Shown piece after piece: positions 23,600 to 35,298 of a stretch of DNA of 64,000 bases. Each line of letters opens with the position of its first letter. The first letter of the stretch is position 1. The position numbers and the translations under genes are program-made. The stretch comes from Gammaproteobacteria bacterium (GTDB taxonomy: Bacteria > Pseudomonadota > Gammaproteobacteria > GCA-002705445 > GCA-002716945). The notes under the pieces were generated by a model. That model was given only the letters and a program-made list of their open reading frames with translations, did no database searches and was not told the DNA's origin. The DNA is taken from the NCBI GenBank assembly GCA_038142325.1, contig JAYQJW010000002.1:480001-544000 (forward strand). The letters run 5' to 3'.

Positions 23600-24196
23600 T
23601 TATTCTATAACTATGACTTCACTAATCACTACATTTTCTATTGGTACGTCTGAGTGTCCAGCATTATTACCTGTTGGAACAACACCAATCTGTTCAACAA
23701 TTTCAATCCCATCAGTTACTTGTCCAAACACACAGTAACCATAACCATCTGCAGCATTTGCTTTATCTAGAAATTCGTTATCTCTTAAATTTATGAAAAA
23801 TTGTGAAGTTGCAGAGTTTGGACTACTTGTTCTTGCCATAGCAATTGTTCCTTTCTTATTACTTATGTTGTTATCTGATTCATTAATTATTGGATCGTAA
23901 GTATCAATTTGAGTCATATCTGGAAGATGACCACCACCTTGTATCATAAAATTTGGAATTACTCTATGAAATATTGTTCCATTTAATTTTCCATCTTTTG
24001 TATATTTTAAAAAATTTGCCACTGTCTCTGGTGCTTTGTCTTGAAATAATTCAATCGTAATATCACCCATGTTTGTTGAAAGCTTAATCAATTTAATCTC
24101 CTTTGATGTATTATCATGTATAATATCACTACATGATGTTGTGCTCATAAAAAGCATTAATAATAATAGATATTTTATCCTGTAAATCTTGAACAT
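23600..24196 (-). CDS. ppiB: Cyclophilin-type peptidyl-prolyl isomerase
   Basis: APETVANF, FHRVIPNFMIQGGG, TIAMART, SATSQFFIN, YCVFG; possible lipoprotein signal (TTSC). Confidence 0.9.
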   Translation of the reverse strand: MFKIYRIKYLLLLMLFMSTTSCSDIIHDNTSKEIKLIKLSTNMGDITIELFQDKAPETVANFLKYTKDGKLNGTIFHRVIPNFMIQGGGHLPDMTQIDTYDPIINESDNNISNKKGTIAMARTSSPNSATSQFFINLRDNEFLDKANAADGYGYCVFGQVTDGIEIVEQIGVVPTGNNAGHSDVPIENVVISEVIVIE

Positions 24197-24215
24197 TTTA
24201 ATAATGATACATTAA

Positions 24216-25547
24216 ATGAATTTATACATCCATAACACCTTAACAAACAAAAAAGAACTATTTGTTCCTCATAAAAAAAATAAGGTCAATATGTATGTTT
24301 GTGGACCAACTGTATATAGTAATCCTCACATTGGAAATGCTCGTGCGGCACTTATTGGTGATTTGTATTTTCGTATATTATCTGAACTTTTTTCTGAGGT
24401 GACTTACATAAGAAATCTAACAGATGTCGATGATAAGATCATTGCACAATCTAAAAAAACAGGCGTACCAATTAATGAGATAACTGAATCTGTTGCTAAT
24501 TCATATAAAGATAATATGTTGAGCCTCAACATGCTGAAACCTACTTATGAGCCAAGAGTCACAGACAACATTGATAACATTATTGATACCATCAACAAAA
24601 TCATAGCCAATAAATCAGCCTATATTTCAGATGGTCATGTAGTATTTGATATGGAATCATATACACAATATGGCTCATTGTCTAAGAAGGTAGCTGAAGA
24701 CCTGATCGATGGAGCCAGAATAGAGCCTGAATCATATAAAAAAAACCCAAAAGATTTTGTTTTATGGAAGCCAGCACTAAATGATGATTGTGGGTGGTCA
24801 AGTCCATGGGGCTATGGGAGGCCTGGATGGCACATTGAGTGTACTAGTATGATTAAGAGCTTGATAGGCAACGATCAAACTCTAGACATACACGGAGGGG
24901 GCAATGATTTAATATTTCCTCATCATGAAAATGAGATTGCTCAAGGATCATGTTGTTCATCTGCTAATTATTGTAACTATTGGTTTCATAATGGAATTGT
25001 TTTAGTCAATAAAAAGAAAATGTCAAAGTCTCTGGGCAATGTAATTTTAGTATCCGATATACTTCAGGACATCAATCCAAACATCATAAGATTAGCTCTA
25101 ATGAGCGCACATTACAGGCAACCACTTAACTGGACAAATGAAACTCTAAAATATTCTACAAATGTTTTTGAAAAGATTTATTCAAGTCTAGCGGTTCATG
25201 ATGGATTGTCTTTTGAAAAGGATGAGTTGTTTCTTAAATTGTTGTGTGATGACATCAACACACCTAATGCAATTCAATATTTAATAAAGCAATCTAAAGA
25301 GGTAAGAAATAAGGATAATTTATTACCAAAATTCGCATATAACTGTAACTTGATTGGTATAAAAGCCGTGTCATCAAAAATAGATAAAGCACTTGAAGAT
25401 AAGATTAATGATTTGATTGATCAGCGGGAGAGCGCTAGAAAAAATAAAGACTTTGATACCGCTGATAAGATTAGAGATGAAATAGAGACAATGGGTATAG
25501 AGCTTAAAGATACCCCTGATGGAGTATCGTGGAAAATTAAGTCTTAG
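24216..25547 (+). CDS. cysS: Cysteine--tRNA ligase
   Basis: YVCGPTVY, HIGN, GRPGWHIEC, FPHHENE, KMSKS. Confidence 0.95.
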   Translation: MNLYIHNTLTNKKELFVPHKKNKVNMYVCGPTVYSNPHIGNARAALIGDLYFRILSELFSEVTYIRNLTDVDDKIIAQSKKTGVPINEITESVANSYKDNMLSLNMLKPTYEPRVTDNIDNIIDTINKIIANKSAYISDGHVVFDMESYTQYGSLSKKVAEDLIDGARIEPESYKKNPKDFVLWKPALNDDCGWSSPWGYGRPGWHIECTSMIKSLIGNDQTLDIHGGGNDLIFPHHENEIAQGSCCSSANYCNYWFHNGIVLVNKKKMSKSLGNVILVSDILQDINPNIIRLALMSAHYRQPLNWTNETLKYSTNVFEKIYSSLAVHDGLSFEKDELFLKLLCDDINTPNAIQYLIKQSKEVRNKDNLLPKFAYNCNLIGIKAVSSKIDKALEDKINDLIDQRESARKNKDFDTADKIRDEIETMGIELKDTPDGVSWKIKS

Positions 25548-25590
25548 AAGGATTTAATATATATTTAGTATAGGTATAATAAGCACACAA

Positions 25591-25664
25591 CGGGGTGTAG
25601 CGCAGCTTGGTAGCGCGGCTGGTTTGGGACCAGTAGGTCGTAGGTTCGAATCCTATCACCCCGA
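25591..25664 (+). tRNA. tRNA-Pro(TGG)
   Basis: CGGGGTG/CACCCCG acceptor, loop TTTGGGA, GGTTCGAATCC. Confidence 0.95.
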
Positions 25665-25669
25665 AATAT

Positions 25670-25744
25670 GCGCCTGTAGCTCAGTTGGATTAGAGTATAT
25701 CGCTACGAACGATAGGGTCGGAGGTTCGAGTCCTTCCAGGCGCG
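25670..25744 (+). tRNA. tRNA-Arg(ACG)
   Basis: GCGCCTG/CAGGCGC, TATCG-CTACGAA-CGATA, GGTTCGAGTCC. Confidence 0.95.
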
Positions 25745-25770
25745 TATGTTATAATGTTTATAGAGAATAT

Positions 25771-25843
25771 GGTGGGTGTAGCTCAGTGGTAGAGCCCTGG
25801 TTTGTGGTACCGGTTGTCGTGGGTTCGAATCCCATCATCCACC
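25771..25843 (+). tRNA. tRNA-His(GTG)
   Basis: G-1, GTGGGTG/CATCCAC, C73, loop TTGTGGT. Confidence 0.95.
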
Positions 25844-25852
25844 CAAAATTTT

Positions 25853-25933
<81 letters not shown>

Positions 25934-25951
25934 AAATTTGAAGGTAATAGC

Positions 25952-26356
25952 ATGGCAAAAATTTATCATAAAGAGTTCAAAAAAAAACTTGAAGATAAGA
26001 AGAAGATAATCTGGACTAATGAGCCTAAACATGAGAATAAGTTCAAGAAGAATTTGGAAGAAAAAAGAGCATTTTTCAAAACAACACTATTAGATTATTT
26101 GGAAGATGACATTATCAAAAAATGCGATAGATCTTTTGATATTTGTGCACTGAAATACGGACCTAAAGACTCTAACCACGAGAGCACACTAGTATTACAA
26201 GAATATTCTAATGATGAATCCGATCTTATTTCTACGTGGGAGTTTCTTTTATACAATAGAGATTCTGAAGATTATGATGATTCAAAATTTTTCACTGATT
26301 CAGACAAAGCACTCGTATATTTCATTGATAAAACAAATAAATTGATTAATAATTAA
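25952..26356 (+). CDS. Hypothetical protein, 134 aa
   Basis: ATG at 25952 after AAGGT; stop 6 nt before tig; the ORF-track extension over the tRNAs is spurious. Confidence 0.7.
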   Translation: MAKIYHKEFKKKLEDKKKIIWTNEPKHENKFKKNLEEKRAFFKTTLLDYLEDDIIKKCDRSFDICALKYGPKDSNHESTLVLQEYSNDESDLISTWEFLLYNRDSEDYDDSKFFTDSDKALVYFIDKTNKLINN

Positions 26357-26362
26357 GCACCT

Positions 26363-27667
26363 ATGAGTCAAGTAAAAACCATCAAAGAATCATCAGCAGA
26401 ATTAAAAATATCTGTTGAGATTGAATCATCTGAATATGAAAAAATTTTTAATGACGAACTCATTAAACTTGCTAAAACAGTTAAACTTGATGGTTTTAGA
26501 CAAGGTAAAGTTCCAGTTGCTGTTATTAGAAAAAAATATGAAGGTCAATGTCATCAAAAAACTATTAGCTATTTAATTGATACATACACACAAAAAATTA
26601 TTAATGAAAAAAAATTAGATTTGGTGGATACACCATCAGCTAAGCTATTAGATGCATCATCTAAGAACAAAAATTTATCATTTGAAATCAGTTTTAATAT
26701 TATGCCTGAAATTGACTTAAAACTATTAAAGACATGTAAACTTGAAGTTCCTGAAGTTGAAATAAATGATAATGACATTGATAAAGTTATTTATAACATA
26801 AGAAAACAGAATGCAACTTGGAATGACTCAGACAAACCAGCTGCTGATGGCGACAAAGTTGTTGTTGATTATGAGGGAAAAATTGATGGGAAAGCATTCA
26901 CAAACAACAAACAGGATGATTTTACTTTTATAATTAATGATACCATTAAAGGTGATCCTGCTACAGTAGCACTCTTCAAAGAATTTTCTTCTAAGTGTCT
27001 AAACACTAAAGTGCAGGACGTCGTGGAAGTAACAAATCAAATGCCTGATGATTTTACTGACAAAGAACTTGCTAGTAAAATGGTCATTTACACAGTAAAA
27101 ATAAAAAAAATATTAAAAGGACAACTGCCAGACCTTAATAAGGATTTTTATGAGACTCTCGGCATACCAACTGATGACGAAAAAATATTTAGAGATAGTG
27201 TAAAGACTCATATGAACTTTGAACTATCAGATAAATTAGTCTCAAAAAAATATGGTCTAGTTAATGAAAGTTTAGTAAATATTTTTGATTTTCCGTTATC
27301 AGAAAATTTAGTAAGCAAGCATCAAAGGGAACTTGATGAACAATATAAATCTTTAAAACAATCCGATGAAAATTTAGATGATAAAATTAAAGATATTGCT
27401 ATCAAAAGGGTTAAGTTAAACATGATTTATATGTGTCTAGCAAAAGAAGTAAAGACAAACATTACTGACCAAGAAGCAATAGATTTTTGTAATGAGCAAT
27501 CTCCAGCATTCAGACAATTCTATAGTGAAAAAATAAAAAAAGATAAAGCTTCAACATTATTGGACGTTAAGAATAAAATAGTAGAAAATAGTATAGTGGA
27601 ATATGTTATTCAAAACTCTGAATCAAATAAAGTTGAAATGTCATTTTCAGAGGTGATGGATGGCTAA
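26363..27667 (+). CDS. tig: Trigger factor
   Basis: [10 protein letters not shown] signature, [17 protein letters not shown]; upstream of clpP. Confidence 0.95.
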   Translation: MSQVKTIKESSAELKISVEIESSEYEKIFNDELIKLAKTVKLDGFRQGKVPVAVIRKKYEGQCHQKTISYLIDTYTQKIINEKKLDLVDTPSAKLLDASSKNKNLSFEISFNIMPEIDLKLLKTCKLEVPEVEINDNDIDKVIYNIRKQNATWNDSDKPAADGDKVVVDYEGKIDGKAFTNNKQDDFTFIINDTIKGDPATVALFKEFSSKCLNTKVQDVVEVTNQMPDDFTDKELASKMVIYTVKIKKILKGQLPDLNKDFYETLGIPTDDEKIFRDSVKTHMNFELSDKLVSKKYGLVNESLVNIFDFPLSENLVSKHQRELDEQYKSLKQSDENLDDKIKDIAIKRVKLNMIYMCLAKEVKTNITDQEAIDFCNEQSPAFRQFYSEKIKKDKASTLLDVKNKIVENSIVEYVIQNSESNKVEMSFSEVMDG

Positions 27668-28259
27668 TACATATAATAACCTTGTACCTATGGTTGTAGA
27701 ATCTACATCTAGAGGTGAACGTGCGTTTGATATTTATTCGAGACTTTTAAAAGAAAGAATAATATTTTTAACGGGTCCAATAGATGATAATCTCTCTAAC
27801 CTAATAGTTGCGCAATTACTTTTTCTAGAATCTGAAGATCCAAAATCCGACATCTCACTTTATATTAATAGTCCAGGGGGAAGCGTGACTTCTGGTTTGT
27901 CTATTCTTGATACAATGAACTTTATAAAACCATCAGTTAGCACACTGTGTGTTGGACAAGCTGCAAGTATGGGAGCAGTTTTACTGAGTGGCGGTGAAAA
28001 AAACAAAAGATTTTGTTTGTCTAATTCTCGCGTAATGATTCATCAACCTTTGGGTTCGTTTCAAGGTCAAGCAACAGATTTCGACATTCAAGCAAAAGAA
28101 ATATTAAGCATACGAGCTAGACTAAATGAAATTCTCTCTAAAAATACAGGACAAAGCATTAAAAAAATACAAGCAGACACTGAGAGAGATAACTTCATGC
28201 AAGCTGAGGAAGCTAAAAAGTACGGCTTAATCGACAACATCTTAACTAGTAGAGAATAA
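27660..28259 (+). CDS. clpP: ATP-dependent Clp protease proteolytic subunit
   Basis: [32 protein letters not shown]. Confidence 0.97.
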   Translation: MANTYNNLVPMVVESTSRGERAFDIYSRLLKERIIFLTGPIDDNLSNLIVAQLLFLESEDPKSDISLYINSPGGSVTSGLSILDTMNFIKPSVSTLCVGQAASMGAVLLSGGEKNKRFCLSNSRVMIHQPLGSFQGQATDFDIQAKEILSIRARLNEILSKNTGQSIKKIQADTERDNFMQAEEAKKYGLIDNILTSRE

Positions 28260-28314
28260 ATCTCAAGAATTTGATTATATAAAGTTTCCTTGTATACTGA
28301 GAAGAGGTATATAT

Positions 28315-29583
28315 ATGGACGATAATACAAAAAATTCATCTAAGTTACTTCACTGTTCTTTCTGCGGTAAGAATCAAAACGAGGTCGCCAAATTAATAGC
28401 TGGTCCATCTGTTTTTATATGTGATGAATGTGTTGATTTATGTAATGAAATTATTAGTGTTGAGCTAGAGGAGAAATCAGCGCAATCAAAAGAAAAGTTA
28501 CCTAAACCTCATGAAATAAATGATATTTTAGACAATTATGTTATTGGTCAACCACACGCTAAAAAAGTTCTATCTGTTGCTGTCTACAATCATTACAAGA
28601 AGCTTAATATTACTCCTAAAAAAAATGATGTTGAATTAAACAAAAGCAATATCTTGCTCATTGGACCAACAGGTTCTGGAAAAACACTACTTGCTGAGAC
28701 ACTTGCAAGACTACTGAATGTCCCTTTTACCATTGCTGACGCAACAACACTTACCGAAGCTGGATATGTAGGTGAAGATGTTGAAAATATAATACAGAAA
28801 TTATTACAAAAATGTGATTATGATGTAGAGAAAGCGCAAACTGGGATAGTGTATATTGATGAAATTGATAAAATTTCTAGAAAATCGGATAATCCATCTA
28901 TTACAAGAGATGTATCAGGCGATGGAGTTCAACAGGCATTATTATAGCTTATAGAAGGAACTATTGCATCTGTACCTCCTCAAGGTGGAAGAAAACATCC
29001 TCAACAAGAATTCCTTCAAGTTGACACATCCAATATGCTATTTATCGTGGGTGGAGCATTCTCTGGATTAGACAAAATAATTAACCAGAGAAAAAATGAT
29101 TCTGGAATAGGTTTCTCAGCAAAGGTAAAAGATATTAAAGCTGACAAATCATTTTCACAGACATTAGATAGTGTTGGCCCTGAGGATCTTATCAAGTTTG
29201 GTTTAATTCCTGAGTTCGTTGGAAGATTGCCTGTTACCGCAACACTTGATGAGCTTGATGAAAAGTCACTAATAAGAATACTTACAGAGCCGAAAAATGC
29301 CCTTGTTAATCAATACAAAAAACTATTTGATATGGAAGGATGTGAGCTTGAATTTAGACAAGATGCATTATCTGCAATTGCTAAAAAAGCTATGAAAAGA
29401 AAAACTGGAGCTAGAGGCCTGAGAACATTAATTGAAAGTCTTTTGCTAGATACAATGTACGATCTTCCATCTCAAGAGGATATAGTCAAAGTTGTTATCG
29501 ACAAGAACGTTGTTGATGCTGAATCTAAGCCGTTAATAATTTATAAGTCTAAGAGCGGCGAAAAAGAAGTTAGTAAGTCTTGA
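28315..29583 (+). CDS. clpX: Clp protease ATPase ClpX (in-frame TAG at 28945)
   Basis: CSFCGK zinc domain, [33 protein letters not shown] loop, TGARGLR; both ORF pieces are in the same frame. Confidence 0.95.
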
Positions 29584-29613
29584 TAATTTAAAATTCGACC
29601 ATAGATTAGTGTT

Positions 29614-32011
29614 ATGAAGAAAAAGTATTTATCACTTCCGTTATTGCCTCTCAGGGATGTAGTTATTTATCCTAATATGGTTGTACCTCTATTTGTTGGA
29701 AGGGACTTATCGATTAAATCTTTAGATGAATCTATGAATAATCATCACAAAAATATTGTTCTTGTGACACAAAAGAGCGCCCAAGTTGATGATCCAGATG
29801 CAAATGATTTGTATAAAATTGGAACTGAAGCAAATATACTTCAGCTGCTAAAATTACCCGATGGAACTATGAAAGTTTTAGTTGAGGGTGTCTCTCGTGT
29901 CGAAATTAATAAAATTGAAAATAACAGCATATTAACATGCACATATTCTCATTTGGATAGTGAAAATCTTGATAATGATAATCAGCACGATGCATTATTC
30001 AGAACATTGGAGGATACATTCTCAAATTATGTAAAGCTAAACAAAAAAGTCCCACCTGAAGTTATATCTTCAGTAACAGGTATAGATGATTTATCTAAAC
30101 TTGCTGACAGTATAGCTGCTCACATGACATTAAAACTTGATGAGAAACAGCAAGTTTTAGAACTTATAGACATAAAAAAACGTTGTGAATACTTAATTAA
30201 AGCTATGGAGGGTGAGCTAGATATTCTTCATGTTGAGAAGAAAATAAGGAGTCGAGTTAAACAGCAAATGGAAAAGAGTCAGAGAGAATATTACCTCAAC
30301 GAACAAATGAAAGCCATTCAAAAAGAACTTGGCGAAATTGGAGACGATAATAATGATATAGATCAACTCCTAAATAAAATCAAATCTCTTAAACTCCCTG
30401 GCTGATGCACATGAAAAAGCAATGAGTGAATTTAATAAACTAAAAATGATGTCACCAATGTCTGCTGAGGCTACTGTGGTAAGAAATTATCTAGATATTC
30501 TTGTAAGCTTACCATGGAACCAATCGACTGAGATATCAACAGATATGGTAAGTGCTAATAAAATACTCGAAGATGATCATCATGGACTTGAAAAAGTCAA
30601 AGAGAGAATACTTGAGTATTTAGCAGTTACAAAAAGAGTAAATAAAATCAGAGGTCCTATTTTATGCTTAGTTGGACCACCTGGTGTCGGTAAGACATCA
30701 TTAGCAAAATCTATAGCTAGATCTACATCTCGTAAGTTTATTAAGATGTCACTTGGAGGGGTAAGGGACGAAGCTGAAATAAGAGGGCATCGTAAGACTT
30801 ATATAGGATCAATGCCTGGAAAGATAATGCAAAATCTTGGTAAAGTTAAAACTAATAACCCTTTATTTTTACTTGATGAAATAGATAAAATGGCTATGGA
30901 CTTCAGAGGAGATCCATCATCTGCGCTTCTTGAAGTATTAGATCCTGAGCAAAATAATGCATTTAATGATCATTACCTTGAGGTAGATTTTGATCTATCG
31001 AATATTATGTTTATCGCTACTGCGAACTCAACTGATACAATACCTGCACCTCTTTTAGATAGAATGGAGGTAATTAGACTACCGGGATATACCCAGAATG
31101 AGAAACTTGAGATTGCTAAAAAATATTTAGTTCCAAAGCAATTCAAAATGAACGGCTTAAAAAGCAATGAACTTACTATATCTATTAAAACTATTAAAGA
31201 CATCATAAGTAGTTATACAAGAGAAGCCGGAGTAAGAAGTCTAGATAGAGAAATAAATAAAATTTGCAGAAAAGTTGTTAAAGAAATTTTAATGTCAGAT
31301 AAAACTAAACTAAAAATATTACCGAATGAAATAGAAAATTATCTTGGTGTCAGAAGATTCTCCTCAATGATGCGTGATAAAAAAGATATGATAGGTCAAG
31401 CAAATGGCCTTGCTTGGACATCTGTTGGTGGTGAAATGTTAAGAGTTGAGTGTGAAGCTATGTCTGGAAAGGGAAAAATTACACAAACAGGACAACTTGG
31501 TGATGTAATGCAAGAATCTATTAAGGCAGCTATAACCGTTGTGAAGACGAGATCATTAGATTTAGCGATAGATTTAGAAGATTTTGATAAAAAAGATATT
31601 CACATACATGTGCCCGAGGGAGCAACACCCAAAGATGGTCCTAGTGCTGGGATAACTATGGCCCTAGCAGTTGCTTCGGCTTTATCTAATATACCAATCA
31701 AATCTGATATTGCGATGACTGGCGAGATAACTTTAAGAGGCGAAGTGCTTGAGATAGGCGGTCTCAAAGAAAAACTCTTAGCGGCTCAAAGATCTGGCAT
31801 AAAAGAAGTCATTATTCCAAAAGATAATGAAAAAGATCTTAGAGATATCCCTAGTATTATTTTAGATAAACTAAAAATAAACGCTGTTAAATTTGTTGAT
31901 GAAGTGTTTGCTATAGCTCTAAAAAGCAAACCAATTAAATCAAAATCTAAAGTGACTAAAACTAGTCCCGAAAAGAATAAGGTAGAAAATATTTCTAAAA
32001 ATTTACAATAG
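29614..32011 (+). CDS. lon: Lon protease (1-nt insertion near 30400)
   Basis: [48 protein letters not shown]. Confidence 0.96.
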
Positions 32012-32161
32012 CTTACAAAAAATTCCTAAAAGTAAACAAAAATTTACAGTTTTTTTATGATATTTATTATATTTAATATACATTTTAAAGCTTATTGATG
32101 TAGAATAATTCTTATGTTGATTACATTCAACATTCTATAACTGCGATTAAAGAGGTGTTAA

Positions 32162-32434
32162 ATGAATAAAGCAGAATTTATCAATGCTGTTTCTGAAGCA
32201 GCAGGTAGTAGCAAGTCTGATGCCACAGCTCATGTTGAGGCAATGATAAGTGTAGTAACTAATGCTCTTAAAAGCGATAGTGAAGTTGCGCTTGTTGGTT
32301 TTGGAACTTTTAAGGCAAAGAAAAGGGAAGCAAGAACTGGGCGTAATCCAAGAACAGGGGAATCAATTCAAATCTCTGCTTCTGTAGTACCTTCTTTCAA
32401 AGCTGGTAAAGCTTTAAAAGATGCTCTTAATTAG
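32162..32434 (+). CDS. hupB: DNA-binding protein HU
   Basis: MNKAEFI, VGFGTF, RTGRNPRTGE, FKAGKALKD; after lon. Confidence 0.95.
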   Translation: MNKAEFINAVSEAAGSSKSDATAHVEAMISVVTNALKSDSEVALVGFGTFKAKKREARTGRNPRTGESIQISASVVPSFKAGKALKDALN

Positions 32435-32447
32435 AAATTCTAATTAA

Positions 32448-32524
32448 GGGTGATTAGCTCAGCTGGTTAGAGCGCCGCCCTTACAAGGCGGAGGTCGTAA
32501 GTTCGACTCTTACATCACCCACCA
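32448..32524 (+). tRNA. tRNA-Val(TAC)
   Basis: GGGTGAT/ATCACCC, loop CTTACAA, encoded ACCA. Confidence 0.95.
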
Positions 32525-32536
32525 AAAAATTATTAT

Positions 32537-32561
32537 AAGAAGCAGCGAAAGCTGCTTCTTT
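32537..32561 (+). terminator. Intrinsic terminator-like hairpin
   Basis: AAGAAGCAGC-GAAA-GCTGCTTCTT, perfect 10-bp stem with GNRA loop and short U tail. Confidence 0.7.
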
Positions 32562-32597
32562 AGTAATAATAATTTGTGTTAATATACATCACAACAC

Positions 32598-32671
32598 GGA
32601 GGCGTAGTTCAGTTGGTTAGAATGCCTGCCTGTCACGCAGGAGGTCGAGGGTTCGAGTCCCTTCGTCTCCG
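32598..32671 (+). tRNA. tRNA-Asp(GTC)
   Basis: GGAGGCG/CGTCTCC, loop CTGTCAC, G73. Confidence 0.95.
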
Positions 32672-32686
32672 TGAAATACTATTATA

Positions 32687-34534
32687 ATGTTAAGCGCAAT
32701 AAGAGATAGATTAAAAACTTGGGTAATAGGATTGCTAGTAATTCTTGTTGCTATACCCCTAGTTTTTTTAGGTGTAGGTGATTATGGTTCAAACCAGGAG
32801 CAATATGCTTTCAGTGTTAATGATCAAGACATTAGCAAATCTATTGTTCAACAAGAAATGTCTCAGTTTAAAGATGTTCTGAGAAAAAATTATCAAGGTA
32901 ATATTCCACCAATCTATACTGATAATTTTATTAAAAAAATTACATTTGATAATTTGATTCGTAGAAATATCGAGAATTCAATATCTTCGAACATTGGCCT
33001 GGTGACCAGTGATGAGTCGATTATTAATGAAATTCAAGAAACATCATCTTTTAGAGATGAAAATGGTTTTAATCCAAGTTTATATAAAAAGCGTTTATTT
33101 CTAATTAATATGAACCCTGATGTCTACGAACAATATCTTTATCAAAAAGGTATACGTGAACAGCTTAGAAAAACAATTACAGATACATCTATCTTAAATC
33201 TTACTGATAAAAAGTTAAACATAAACGCAAACTACCATAAGCGCGATGGTAAGATATTATTTTTGAAATTAAATGATATGAAAGATGTAACTAATATTAC
33301 ATTAGACGAGATCAATGATTATTATATTAAAAATAAAGAAGCATTCATGTCGACCTCATCTGCCGAATTTAGTTATATAAGATTAAGTAAAGAATCGATT
33401 ATTTCATCTATTGAAATATCTGATAGTGAATTGCTAGAGGACTATCAAAAGAAAATCGATTCAGGTTTATTATCTCTTGATAAAACATATACTTTAAATC
33501 ATCTTGTTTTCCCAATAAAAGATAATAAAGAATCTGTATTAGCTAATGCAAATGAAGCCTTAAACGAATTATTATCAAATATGTCATTTGAATACATAAC
33601 TAAAAAATATGAGGTTGATGAAGATACTAAAAATAATTTAGGTTTCATTGGTAAGTCATCTTTTGATGATTTACCGAACTTTATAAAAAATAATCTAGTT
33701 TCAATGAAAAATGGAGATATTAAATTAGTATCATCTGAATCAAATGCTATACATATTATAAAGTTGATTGAGTCTAGCACGCCTGAAAATAAAAAGTTTG
33801 AAGATGTTAGAGAGGATATTAAGAAGGAAATTCAGAAAAATAAAGGTTCAAATAAATATTTTTCTATACTTGATAGCATCAAAGAGAAAATATACATTCA
33901 GAATTTATCTTTAACAGAAATATCTAAATCATATGATCTTACTCTGTTAAGTACTGAAAAAATAGGTCAAGACTATAATGATAATATTTTATCCAGAACA
34001 GTAGTTAATCAATTATTTAATGACATTAGCTCTACAGATATATATCCCCCTATATATATTTCAAATGATGATGTACTTTTTGTTAAAAAAAATAAATATT
34101 ATCCACCCTCTCAATTAACACTAAGTGAATCAGAGCAAGCAATCAAAGCCTTGCTCATGACTCAAAAAAGTAATAAAAAATTAAATCAATCATCATCAAA
34201 AATACTACAAAGTCTAAATGCTGGTTCGTTTAATGACTATGAATCATTTTCAGTATATCAGTATGATAAAACTTTTGATGATGAAGTCATGAAGATTATA
34301 AATAGTCAGCCAATAAGTAATATGTTTACTTCCAATAGGTTAGAGAATGGTGATTATGTATTAATAAAGGTTGAATCAATTAACTTATCATTGGTCAAAC
34401 AAGATAAGGTAGATGATGATAACTATTTAGATTATTTGAGAAATACTCAATCTGAGTCAGACTATAATAGTTTCTATCTTTCTAAATATGATACTTATGT
34501 AATTGACATCAATAATGATTATCTAAATCAATAA
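32687..34534 (+). CDS. ppiD: Periplasmic chaperone PpiD (SurA-N domain, degenerate parvulin)
   Basis: MLSAIRD plus N-terminal TM anchor, FRDENGFN; canonical position after hupB-tRNAs. Confidence 0.8.
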   Translation: MLSAIRDRLKTWVIGLLVILVAIPLVFLGVGDYGSNQEQYAFSVNDQDISKSIVQQEMSQFKDVLRKNYQGNIPPIYTDNFIKKITFDNLIRRNIENSISSNIGLVTSDESIINEIQETSSFRDENGFNPSLYKKRLFLINMNPDVYEQYLYQKGIREQLRKTITDTSILNLTDKKLNINANYHKRDGKILFLKLNDMKDVTNITLDEINDYYIKNKEAFMSTSSAEFSYIRLSKESIISSIEISDSELLEDYQKKIDSGLLSLDKTYTLNHLVFPIKDNKESVLANANEALNELLSNMSFEYITKKYEVDEDTKNNLGFIGKSSFDDLPNFIKNNLVSMKNGDIKLVSSESNAIHIIKLIESSTPENKKFEDVREDIKKEIQKNKGSNKYFSILDSIKEKIYIQNLSLTEISKSYDLTLLSTEKIGQDYNDNILSRTVVNQLFNDISSTDIYPPIYISNDDVLFVKKNKYYPPSQLTLSESEQAIKALLMTQKSNKKLNQSSSKILQSLNAGSFNDYESFSVYQYDKTFDDEVMKIINSQPISNMFTSNRLENGDYVLIKVESINLSLVKQDKVDDDNYLDYLRNTQSESDYNSFYLSKYDTYVIDINNDYLNQ

Positions 34535-35298
34535 CCTATTATATTAAACCCATTATCAACATAAATCGTCTGTCCAGTAATTGCAGTTGAATAATCAGAT
34601 AATAAGAAAAAGGCAGTTTTTGCAACATCTTCACTTGTAATATTTGCTTTTATTGGAGATTTATTTTCATAAATTTCGAGTATCTTATTAAATCCACTTA
34701 TTCCAGATGCTGCTAACGTTTTTATTGGTCCTGCTGATATTGCATTTACCCTTATATTTTTTTCACCAAGAGAATCAGCAAGATATTTAACGCTACTTTC
34801 TAGACTAGCCTTAGCTATCCCCATTACGTTATAGTTTTGAACAACTTTATTGGCTCCTATGTAAGATAAAGTGATAAGAGATGCTTTTTCGTTTAAATCA
34901 TCACGGAATGCTTTTGCGAGAGCTGTAAAAGTATAGACACTAACATCATGAGCAACTAAAAATCCATCTTTTGTTATGTTATCTAGATACTTTCCATTGA
35001 GTTGCTCACGTGGTGCAAATGCAGCGGAATGAACAATACCGTCAAGATTATTAAATTTTTCAATAATATCATTTCTCATTTTTAGAATTTCATCATCATT
35101 CGTGAGGTCACACTGATAAGCATCGTTTGCTATGCCAATATCATCAGTTAACTTGATCACTCTATCTTTTAATCTTTCATTTTGATATGAGACTATTACA
35201 TTCGCTCCAGCTTCCTGTAATATTTTTGCTATCGAAAATGAGATGGATCTATTACTTGCTATACCAGTGACGAGTATGTTTTTTGATTTAAGATTCAT
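34528..35298 (-). CDS. fabI: Enoyl-ACP reductase
   Basis: VTGIASNRSI, YNVMGIAKASLE, VNAISAGPIKTLAASGI. Confidence 0.95.
   Translation of the reverse strand: MNLKSKNILVTGIASNRSISFSIAKILQEAGANVIVSYQNERLKDRVIKLTDDIGIANDAYQCDLTNDDEILKMRNDIIEKFNNLDGIVHSAAFAPREQLNGKYLDNITKDGFLVAHDVSVYTFTALAKAFRDDLNEKASLITLSYIGANKVVQNYNVMGIAKASLESSVKYLADSLGEKNIRVNAISAGPIKTLAASGISGFNKILEIYENKSPIKANITSEDVAKTAFFLLSDYSTAITGQTIYVDNGFNIIGY

Noticed and set aside
28945-28947. In-frame TAG in clpX as amber recoding or readthrough
   Set aside because: It is a single A-to-T change from the conserved Lys codon AAG. TAG is a normal stop for lon, hupB, cysS, skp, lpxD and fabZ, and no suppressor tRNA is seen.
32537-32560. Hairpin containing GAAGCAGC as SRP RNA (ffs)
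   Set aside because: It lacks the CAGG...GGAA domain IV internal loops and the long stem; it is a simple terminator-like hairpin.
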